Shown here piece after piece: positions 26,631 to 35,578 of a DNA stretch of 64,000 nucleotides. This DNA is from an uncultured Methanosarcinaceae archaeon. GTDB taxonomy: Archaea > Halobacteriota > Methanosarcinia > Methanosarcinales > Methanosarcinaceae. The first letter of the stretch is position 1. Each line of letters opens with the position of its first letter. The notes under the pieces were generated by a model. The model was not told where the DNA came from. It saw nothing but the letters and a program-made list of their open reading frames with translations, and did no database searches. The DNA lies in contig CAVTET010000004.1 of the NCBI GenBank assembly GCA_963733675.1, positions 512,001 through 576,000 on the forward strand, read 5' to 3'. A program made the position numbers and the translations under genes.

Positions 26631-26666
26631 GATAGTTATCCTGTAATTTAGATAGTTATCCTGTAA
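26631..26666. repeat. Direct repeat with 20-bp period upstream of the helicase
   Basis: GATAGTTATCCTGTAA x2. Confidence 0.7.
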
Positions 26667-27293
26667 CTCCGTTTCATGTATATAACCCTTTGCAGCCTGT
26701 CTAATGATAACATGTGAGACGAAGTTTACGATTCTCCAGCATAACGCTTGAGCCCAAAATATAGAATGTTTGAAGGTAATGGATACTATTAGTACTAACC
26801 TTAAAGACGAAGTTTATAAGTAAACATTTTAATGGGAGGTAAAATCTCTCAATAGAGTTTCTGATTTATTCGAACTTGTCCTAAATTTCTTATACCCTAT
26901 TTGTTCTGTATCGTTGTGACCCTCAAAAACTCAACAAAATTTGTGCACTCACCCAGAAAACTATTAAATAGCATGCAGAATTTTGCAAAGTGCTATAATT
27001 TCCTAAAGTCAAGCTGGCTAGCTTCCTTGTGATCTGCTCTCTGATTCATCTGTGCTTCAAGTAGAAGGATCTCAAAATAAACTATGGAGTTCAGAAAATT
27101 ACCATAGTCTTTGAGAACTCTTCCGAGATGCTAAGTAAAATAAGTCACTTCAAAAGTTCATTAATTATAAAAATTGGTTTCTGCGCCTTTGCTAAGAAAA
27201 TTTGGATCAATTTTCAGACCATAAATTGCTTACTTTTTTCCTGTCGCCTTTTCATAATATTAACTCACTCACTGGGAACAAATATAAATTTAA

Positions 27294-27435
27294 GAGACCC
27301 TTTAATATCTTCTGGGATCCAAAAATTTACTATTAACTAGACTTTTGATTTACCATCTGGGTTTCGGATTGATTGAACTCAATTAACACAAAAATTAATG
27401 AAAATTTTGGATCCCAGAAGATATTAAAAAGTCCC
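27294..27435. mobile_element. 142-bp MITE-like element with ~34-bp imperfect TIRs
   Basis: GAGACCCTTTAATATCTTCTGGGATCCAAAA...TTTTGGATCCCAGAAGATATTAAAAAGTCCC. Confidence 0.65.
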
Positions 27436-27649
27436 AGCCTGTTAATTTTGCCTTCTGGAAACCGGTTCATTCTTTGTTTGAATAGAAGTATCAAAGCTTC
27501 AATTACTGGTAACCCGGAAGTTATCTCAAATTCAAAATGACCTTTACTTTTGGGATGATAAAGTAAGTAGAATGATATCGCATTTTATTCCATTTTAGGA
27601 TTTAGGTAGCATCAAGCTCTGTTAATTGATTTCCCACAATTTATTCAAG

Positions 27650-28270
27650 AGTTCGGATATGATTTAGCTGTATCTTTGTTGGCTTATAGATACCATTTCT
27701 CAATTTTGTGAATTTTTGTTTTACCTTCAGCCCAAAAAATCTTGTTCCAGATTTTATGTAACACCAGACTTAGAAAAGCTCTCAATGAGAACATTATATT
27801 ATTCTATCGACTTCTTTTTTCTTGTTCGAACCTTTTCCACATAACATAATGTTTTATTTCCCTATGATACTCTTCAATTTTCCAGGATTTATTAGCCAAA
27901 TCTATTCTCTTGGGTTCATCCATATCCAGTACATTTGTTATAAAGTATTTTCGTTTCTTCGTTTTTAGAAACTATCCAAATTACTCTCACAAAATCCATA
28001 AGCTTTCAGATAAACCATAATTCTTTCATGATGAATTCAACTATTTCAAGACCAACTGTTTCAAGCAACATAATTTTCCATATTATCAGGATTTACCAAA
28101 AAATTTGATTTCAATATTGTTAAAAAATACCATTTTTTTCCCCTAATGACTTTGTGATTTTTTACGCTTGCGAACAAAGTAGCAAAGATAGCGAATTTAG
28201 GTTTGAATCCAAGTTTTTTGGCTGTATCAAGAATACCAAGGAAATGCTCATTCTTAGTTATATTCTTTGA
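27650..28270 (-). pseudogene. Decayed IS701-family transposase (C-terminal half)
   Basis: Fragments TKNEHF..LGFKPK, LVNPDN, YLKAYGF, KSWKIEEYHR, MFSLRAFL across frames. Confidence 0.7.
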
Positions 28271-28452
28271 TCGACATACCAGATACGAATACAGATATAT
28301 TTATATACAATAACTGCTATGTAAGTTCATTAAAAATAAAGAGACGTATAATCATCTGTTGTTAAAAAACCAATTTTTGTTTTTAAACAAAGAGTTCTAT
28401 ACAATCTTATTTTTAAACTAGTAACAAAAAATAAACCAAAGGTGAAACAAAG

Positions 28453-28641
28453 ATGGCTTTTAATGACAGAAATAACTTCAGAGGAAATAATTTTGGAGCT
28501 CCCAGAGAGATGCACAAGACAACCTGTTCGGACTGCAAAGCTGAAACAGAGGTGCCTTTCAAACCTGACCCCGAAAGACCGGTTTACTGTAGGGATTGTC
28601 TTCCTAACCACAGGACACCCAGAGAAAACCGCAGATATTAA
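28453..28641 (+). CDS. CxxC-x17-CxxC zinc-ribbon small protein
   Basis: PREMHKTTCSDC..EVPFKP..RPVYCRDC; GGTGA RBS. Confidence 0.9.
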   Translation: MAFNDRNNFRGNNFGAPREMHKTTCSDCKAETEVPFKPDPERPVYCRDCLPNHRTPRENRRY

Positions 28642-28765
28642 GGGTTATTCCAAGTAAGGATTATTCTAAGTGCTATTTTTAAAGTGAGTGACATAAACAC
28701 TCATCTATTTAACTATTTTTTAAAAGCATCGATATAGTAATATACTTTTTTCTCAACCAGTAATT

Positions 28766-29017
28766 GGTTCCGTTGCAAAAACTTCAACAAAATATGTAAA
28801 TCTATAAGTAATGAATAAAAATCAAAACATTCAAGGAAAATGTACTAACATTATAAAACTATACCAAATAATTGATTAATGTATTTGACTTCATTAAGAA
28901 CAGAGTAATTTAAATCGATTACTTGTCCTTTTTTGATCATATTTATAGCTTCAATTCCTTTTAAAGTCTTATTAGCAGATCGAAAAGACTGAAATCCCAA
29001 CATTGGATTAACGATTC
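28766..29017 (-). mobile_element. Truncated IS6 right-end fragment in inverted orientation
   Basis: Reverse complement of the last ~250 bp of the IS6 copies, starting at TIR GGTTCCGTTGCAAAAA. Confidence 0.92.
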
Positions 29018-29018
29018 G

Positions 29019-29875
29019 GGTTCCGTTGCAAAAAATCCTTTCTAATGATACAATAGAATAAAAAGAAAACCAAAGATAGTAACATGCTATCTAATTCCTT
29101 TAAATGGAAGCATTATGAAGGGGAAATTATCTTATTGAATGTAAGATGGTACTTAAAATATGCATTAAGTTATAGAAATTTGAAGGAAATGATGGCAGAA
29201 AGGGGAGTAAAAGTCGACCATACAACAATCATGAGATGGGTACATCAATATTCCCCTGAAATAGAAAAGAAGATAAGAAGACATTTAAGACCAACAAATG
29301 ATTCGTGGAGAGTTGATGAAACCTATATCAAAGTAAAAGGTAAATGGAAATATTTTTACCGAGCAGTTGACTCAAATGGAGATACAATTGATTTCATGTT
29401 AAGTTCAAAACGAGATAGAAAGGCAGCGAAGAGATTCTTTAAGAAAGCTTTAAGTTCTAATCATAATCAAATTCCAAGATTAATAACCGTTGATAAGAAT
29501 CCAGCTTATCCACCTGCTATAGATAAACTAAAAATTGATAAAATACTACCTAAAAACGTAGGCATTCGACAAATCAAATATTTGAATAACATTATAGAAC
29601 AAGATCACAGATCTATAAAGAGAATCGTTAATCCAATGTTAGGATTTCAGTCTTTTCGATCTGCTAATAAGACTTTAAAAGGAATTGAAGCTATAAAATA
29701 TGCATCAAAAAAGGACAAGTAAATGATCTAAATTACTCTGTTCTTAATGAAGTCAAATACATTAATCAATTATTTGGTATAGTTTTATAATGTTAGTACA
29801 TTTTCCTTGAATACTTTGATTTTTATTCATTACTTATAGATTTATATATTTTTTTGAATTTTTTGCAACGGAACC
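29019..29875 (+). mobile_element. IS6-family element, second full-length copy
   Basis: Same TIRs and near-identical sequence to 5469-6323. Confidence 0.93.
29084..29722 (+). pseudogene. IS6 transposase with C-terminal frameshift
   Basis: GCTATAAAATATGCATCAAA versus GCTATAAATATGATCAAA in copy 1 (2 extra bases) truncates the product to 212 aa. Confidence 0.8.
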
Positions 29876-30060
29876 TCAATTGATGACATCGAAAATAAGA
29901 GGAGTATTTTAAGAATAGAGAAAGCTATTTTTAAAATCAAAAAATAATGAACCAGAAGAGTCAAAAATCTGGCCAAATGCAGAAATTAGCAGGAAAGATT
30001 TGGACAGAATTCCCGCGAAGAAAAAAATTGGAGATAAATTGAATCCGTCTTATAATTTCC

Positions 30061-30143
30061 GCAGATTAAAAAATAATCCAACTTCCATGAATAATAATAA
30101 CCAAATAAGCAAACAAATTTGACATCTATTTACATCTACAGAA
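30061..30143. mobile_element. MITE-like family A, partial copy 3
   Basis: AATCCAACTTCCATGAATAATAATAACCAAATAAGCAAACAAATTT...TACATCTACAGAA. Confidence 0.5.
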
Positions 30144-30568
30144 CGTCGATTTTAGGATTCAATCTGAAAGATAATTTATCGATCCCTTGATCGTTATTTT
30201 TTAATTTTGAGTGAATTTTTGAATTCCATCTAATGACTTTTGATGAAAAGATATGGTTCATTCCAAATGTAATTTAATCTATCAAACTAAGGTACTATGT
30301 GACGATTGTTTCTACTGGGAGAACTATAAATTAAGCATGTGAAAAAAAGCATTTCAATAATCGAATATAAAGTAGGCACAGATAAAGTTGAGTTTATAGT
30401 AATCCTATCGAAAAAAAGTTCAAATAAAATTCGGAATATATAAGGACTTACTCAGTTGAAATGAAGAACCAAATGTAAATAACACTTAATTGTATAAATC
30501 CTAGTAACTATTCAGAGGCTTCATGCTCGTGATGTCCACCCTGGAGTGCATAAGTCATTATAATAATG

Positions 30569-31615
30569 TCAATGTGTCAATTTCTTCAGTTTTGAAAGCT
30601 CCTCGGGAGTTCCTACAGCCAATAGAACTGAGTTCTCTCGAATTAAATCTTCTGCCTCCGGCTCAAAGGAAAGAGTACCACTTTTCCATATGCCTACAAT
30701 TTTAGCACCTGCCAAATGCTGCTGGTTGGAAACTTCCTTAAGCCTCTTGCCTATAAGAGGACTTTTCAGATAAATAGGAAACTCAACTATATGAATCCCT
30801 TCAAAAATTTCAGTTGCTCCTGTAACTCGACTTACGAGTCTGTCCATCGCTTTTTTCCCGATAAATTGTCCGAACATTGATTTTGGAGAAACAACCGTAT
30901 CATGCCCCTGCATACTTGAGGTATTTTAAGTTTGAAATATCTTCAACAATAGCAATGATGTAAAGATTTTCAAATTCTCGGGCAGTTAAGACAACATTTG
31001 CATTTTTTTCGTCAGATTTGTTTGCAATAAGGATTACAGCTTTCTCGATACCTGCATTTATAAGTGTCTGCTTATCGCTCAGGACTCCAAAAATACAGGG
31101 AATGCTCTTATAAGAAAGTTCTCTTATTAATTCTTCTTCCTCATCAACTATTACAAACTGTAAATTCTGCTCAGACAATTCATCGATCAGGGTCTCAACC
31201 ATCTGATTGTATCCGCAGATAATTATATGATCTCTCATCTCAGAAGAGACCTTTCTTGGCAACCTAAACTTGATAGTATTGTCCATCCAAGGAGTTATTA
31301 CATAAGTGATAAGAAAACTCGAAATTAGAATGACACCTACAATCTGTATAATTATTGAAAAAGTCTTCCTCCTTGGGAAGTGAAGACTACATCACCAAAT
31401 CCTACAGTTGTAATAGTAGTTGTAGCCCAATAGATAGCAGTGATAATGTTTGCATTTTCGGGATGGTTCTCAAGAACCATAAGATACTCAAAAATCAAAA
31501 TATACAGGATAAACAAGAGCACCGCTGCGATTTTATATGCTACCTTATGCTTTTTGTGAATTATTTTCCGAAATCTGGATCTGAGATTAATTTTCTTTAT
31601 CTTCGAGGTAAACAT
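30569..31615 (-). pseudogene. Potassium channel (2TM pore + RCK/TrkA-N + TrkA-C), broken by two frameshifts
   Basis: TTVGFGD selectivity filter; HIIICGY Rossmann motif; TrkA-C tail; frameshifts near 31355 and 30902. Confidence 0.85.
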
Positions 31616-32285
31616 ATTTAAAATCCTTCCCTAACTCCATGGTATAAATTGAGCTGAAATACCATGTGACCATCACTGACAATATATAAGAATACGTTCC
31701 AACCATCCAGCAATTTTTCATTTTTTGATCAGAATATTGATTTCAGTACTTCATCACCTAGCTCAGATAATTTGTAATTCCCTACCATTTTTCACGATTT
31801 TTATAGAAAAGTAAAATTAAATATTATTTCTCAGATTATTCATCCCAAGTTCGAGTTGATAGAGAAATAATAAAAATTCCCAGCTGAAATTGGCCTGAAA
31901 CACATCTAATCAGCTTATTTTTGGATATAATGAGGATAGAATAATCACAAAGCTTAATCTATTGGATTATATCTACAAGCTAAATTACTCTAATATTTTT
32001 TCATTCAGTCTGACTTAATATTACTTATATTAATCACTCTATTTGAGATTCGAAAACAGCTTTTATGAGTAGTCCCATGAAACCATTTTTAATTTATCAA
32101 AGCGAAATATATCCTAGTCAATTGTTTTTGGGACCGGATAGTCCTTTCCGAATTGATTTTATTGCAACATGATCCAGCAATTTAGAATTAACAACGAAAT
32201 TAGAGAGGATTTCGATAATCTCCTAAATATTGAGATTAGATTGAGATTTTTCGCTTAGATATATTTAAAGTTTTCTTTGGTTCCA

Positions 32286-32370
32286 GCCCTGCACCTAAAG
32301 TCCTATTTTAGCTCGACTTTAGGTGCAGAAATTAGACATTAGGTGCAAAATGTACTTTAGGTGAACAGCC
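32286..32370. mobile_element. 85-bp MITE with 10-bp target-site duplication
   Basis: Ends GCCCTGCACCTAAAGT / ACTTTAGGTGAACAGCC; TTTGGTTCCA at both 32276-32285 and 32371-32380. Confidence 0.75.
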
Positions 32371-32560
32371 TTTGGTTCCATTAATTTCGAATTTTCATCA
32401 GTTCTGAGATCATTTCCAAAAATTAGAAGAATATCTAAAAATTATTTTAATGTAATGAAGTAGTTGATTATAATGACGAAAAATGACTCACACCTGGTAT
32501 AATACCTTCAGTTTACTCTATATACCTCTTAATGATTTAGTATCGTTGATATAACCGATA

Positions 32561-32691
32561 TTCTACAGATGTACACATATTTGGAATTTGTTTGCCTATT
32601 TGCCAACTATTAATTTATGGAAGTTAAATTAATTTTTAAGCTGCGGTTATATTGAGAAAAGATATGGCATCCTTGTGCGCATCCGCAGAAA
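32561..32691. mobile_element. MITE-like family A, copy 4
   Basis: TTCTACAGATGTACACA...TGTGCGCATCCGCAGAAA; colinear with 46891-47021. Confidence 0.7.
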
Positions 32692-33906
32692 GTAGGATTA
32701 AAGAAAGATATGGTAAAAATCAAAATTTCAGTGGCATACCCTCATTGCAAGCAGCTGGGAATGTTCACAATGCAGCTCTGGATATAAGGAATTTATTCAG
32801 AATCAAATTTTTTAATTTACTTCTATTGATACTTTCACACCATTGTTCCCTGATTTCAAATATTTTTTAATGAACCGAAGGTTGTACGATCACCAACATT
32901 CCAATATAACCTCTATGACCTCCAAAGGCTAACTACACTAAATCTTTTTTGATCTCAGACCATTCTTTAAAGATTTGTCTTGCTGTGATAATTCTCATAG
33001 TATGTATCTATCATCTCCCTCGATTTCATTAGTAATTTAGAAATCTAAATAATTCAGGAGTCTTTCAGGATTTTATAACAAAGTCTAACATTAATTCGAT
33101 ATCTTAAACAAACTTCAGAAAATATTTGAGTCAAAAAAATAAATAAACGAAAGGAATCTATAAAATTTTATTAAAAAGAGTTAAAAATGATATCTAAAAA
33201 GGGGGACTTGAACTTATTAAACATTTCATAGGTTTGTAATTTAATTAGTCAAAGATGATAATAATACGCTTAATTAAGATATAATATACTCCAATATCCA
33301 ATCAAAATAAACTTTTATTTCGTAATATTATATAAGTAGGAGTTATAATATCCTAAAAAGAACTAAAACAGAAATATTTTAGAAATAGATATTCAAGATA
33401 ATAAGTAGTTCCTATAAAATCCTCAAAAACTACTATTTGTAAGAAAAACTAATTCTATAGACTTTATATAATTTAATATATATAGTTAGATATAGTCACT
33501 GGCAAGCAAAAATTAGACTTTTATGGGTCAAAACAAAGAAAGAATGCCAGATAATTTAGCAAAAAAATGCTTAAGTTATATAACTTGAGGGGGGTATTAT
33601 AAGAAGCATTATCTGCAAACATTTCTTGAAGACTTAAGGAGTGTAGTTCAGCAAAGGATACACAAAATAAGCATGGAAGGAAAATAAATAAGGAAGGAAC
33701 ATAAATAAGCACGAAAAAACCAGACGTGCGGAGGGATAATATGTTTACCTTCAATATAAAGATGAATCAATTGTTTAATACAGCAACAGCACACGATCTA
33801 GCACTCAGATTCCATATTTAATCTTAATTACTAACAGTTAAAATTCAGTTGAGCAATTAGCACATAAAAATTACATGAGCGACAACCTAAAGGGGGGAAA
33901 ATTTAA

Positions 33907-33990
33907 ATGACTTATTTGGGTTTCAATTTTCAGTGCCTTAAAACGAAGCTTGATATGACAAGAGCCAGAGTTATTCAGAGTACGGACTGA
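33907..33990 (+). CDS. Putative 27-aa peptide MTYLGFNFQCLKTKLDMTRARVIQSTD (unit 1)
   Basis: G-rich leader before ATG; differences from sister copies in codons 1-25 are all synonymous. Confidence 0.6.
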   Translation: MTYLGFNFQCLKTKLDMTRARVIQSTD

Positions 33991-34127
33991 TAAAGCTACA
34001 AAAGCCATTCAGGGAAATCAGTTTAAGAAGAGCTACCAGAAACAGAAGTTCAAACATTAACACTGATAGTATAGTTCTCAAACATAAGGAAAAAACTAAC
34101 TAGAAATACAATATGGGGGAAATTTAA

Positions 34128-34211
34128 ATGACTTATCTAGGTTTTAATTTTCAGTGCCTTAAAACGAAGCTTGATATGACAAGAGCCAGAGTAATTCAGA
34201 GTTGCGACTAA
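34128..34211 (+). CDS. Putative 27-aa peptide MTYLGFNFQCLKTKLDMTRARVIQSCD (unit 2)
   Basis: As unit 1; CTA/TTT/GTA synonymous variants; TAA stop. Confidence 0.6.
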   Translation: MTYLGFNFQCLKTKLDMTRARVIQSCD

Positions 34212-34348
34212 ACCCACAAAAGCCATTGAGAAAAATCAGTGTAAGAAGAGTTACCATAAACATAAATTCAAGCCTTAACACTGAGAGAATAGCTCTCAAA
34301 CATAAAGAAATGTTGACAGAGACGCACTAAGAGACGGGGGAAATTTAA

Positions 34349-34432
34349 ATGACTTATCTAGGTTTTAATTTTCAGTGCCTTAAAACGAAGCTTGATATGA
34401 CAAGAGCCAGAGTAATTCAGAGTTGCGACTAA
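34349..34432 (+). CDS. Putative 27-aa peptide (unit 3, ORF identical to unit 2)
   Basis: ORF identical to unit 2 while the downstream spacer differs. Confidence 0.6.
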   Translation: MTYLGFNFQCLKTKLDMTRARVIQSCD

Positions 34433-34575
34433 ACCCACAAAAGCCATTGAGAAAAATCAGTGTAAGAAAAGTTGCCAGAAACGTAAATTTAAGGCTTAAT
34501 ACTGATTGTAGACGTCTCAAACATAAGGAAAAGATGGACAGAGACGCACTAAAAGAGAGAAGGGGGAAAATTTAA

Positions 34576-34659
34576 ATGACTTATTTAGGTTTTAATTTTC
34601 AGTGCCTTAAAACGAAGCTTGATATGACAAGAGCCAGAGTCATTCAGAGTACGGACTGA
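34576..34659 (+). CDS. Putative 27-aa peptide (unit 4, same peptide as unit 1)
   Basis: TTA/TTT/GTC synonymous variants; TGA stop. Confidence 0.6.
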   Translation: MTYLGFNFQCLKTKLDMTRARVIQSTD

Positions 34660-34795
34660 TAAAGCTACAAAAGCCATTCAGGGAAATCAGTTTAAGAAGA
34701 GTTACTAGAAACATAAGTTCAAAGCTTAACACTGATTGTAGAGGTATGAAACATAAGGAAAGATAAATCAGAAATACAAGACGGGGGAAATTTAA

Positions 34796-34879
34796 ATGAC
34801 TTATTTAGGTTTTAATTTTCAGTGCCTTAAAACGAAGCTTGATATGACGAGAGCCAGAGTAATTCAGAGTTGCGACTAA
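34796..34879 (+). CDS. Putative 27-aa peptide (unit 5, same peptide as unit 2)
   Basis: TTA and ACG synonymous variants; TAA stop. Confidence 0.6.
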   Translation: MTYLGFNFQCLKTKLDMTRARVIQSCD

Positions 34880-35136
34880 ACCCACAAAAGCCATTGAGAG
34901 AAATCTATGTCAGGGATTTACTGGAATAGGACTTACGCACTAGAAATATAAATTTAAGTACAATATACATTTTGATTTGAAGCATATTTCAGACAATTGA
35001 AGGTTTAATGCTATTAATTTACAAGTTTAACTGCGTGAGTCCTACAGGAACATAAGTTCAAAACCTAACCCTGATTTTTGACGGCTGAAGAATAAAAAGG
35101 ATAAAAAGAGATGCATTAAAAAGAGGGGGAATTTAA

Positions 35137-35220
35137 ATGGATTTGACGTTTTTTGATTCTTTGAACCTTAAAAATATTAATAATCTAAACAATGTCATTG
35201 GCCGCCAATGGGGTTACTGA
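35137..35220 (+). CDS. Putative divergent 27-aa peptide MDLTFFDSLNLKNINNLNNVIGRQWGY (unit 6)
   Basis: Same leader, same ORF length, same post-stop ACCCACAAAA; F6 and L11-K12 retained. Confidence 0.45.
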   Translation: MDLTFFDSLNLKNINNLNNVIGRQWGY

Positions 35221-35479
35221 ACCCACAAAAACAATTGAGAGAATTTGGTGTCGACATATTTGCTAGAGATACCACTTATGCATTAGTAATATAAATTAAG
35301 GTACAACTTACGTTTTAATTTGAAACATATTTCTGAAGGTTGAAGGTCAAGGCTATAATTTTCACGTTTAATTGTGTAAGTTCTATAGAAACATAAATTT
35401 AAAATGTGACCCTGATTGTAGACGACTGAAAAATAAAGAAAAGATGAAAAGAGATACATTAAAAGAAGAGAAAATTTCA

Positions 35480-35578
35480 ATGTACTTCCTATCTCTTGAT
35501 TTTTTTGAACCTAAAAGTCATCTTGATCTGATAAAATTCAGAGTGTCATTAAGTGAGCTAAATAAGGCCAAAAATTAA
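35480..35578 (+). CDS. Putative divergent 32-aa peptide MYFLSLDFFEPKSHLDLIKFRVSLSELNKAKN (unit 7)
   Basis: Ungapped alignment to units 1-5 keeps L4, F8, K12, L15-D16, R21-V22 and S25. Confidence 0.45.
   Translation: MYFLSLDFFEPKSHLDLIKFRVSLSELNKAKN

Larger units (their letters stand above)
33892..35578 (+). repeat. Tandem array of 7 long direct-repeat units, each carrying a small ORF
   Basis: ATG-to-ATG periods of 221, 221, 227, 220, 341 and 343 bp; units 1-6 start GGGGGA(A)ATTTAAATG, unit 7 starts GAGAAAATTTCAATG. Confidence 0.95.

Noticed and set aside
28442-28657. 71-aa ORF overlapping the CxxC protein (and antisense 28330-28611)
   Set aside because: Shadow frames of the recognisable 62-aa gene
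33170-33300. Possible eighth, upstream array unit (AAAAAGGGGGACTTG)
   Set aside because: Only the G-run context resembles the units; there is no ATG and an early stop follows
35372-35479. Upstream extension making unit 7 a 68-aa ORF
   Set aside because: The extension is spacer sequence; the ATG homologous to the other units is at 35480
33892-35578. Array as a CRISPR locus
   Set aside because: Conserved block is ~100 bp, the spacers are homologous to each other, the period is 220-343 bp, and there are no cas genes
33892-35578. Array as ORB/iteron origin repeats (G-strings, near cdc6)
   Set aside because: Lacks the TTCCAxTGGAA core; the real ORB-like motif is on the other side of cdc6
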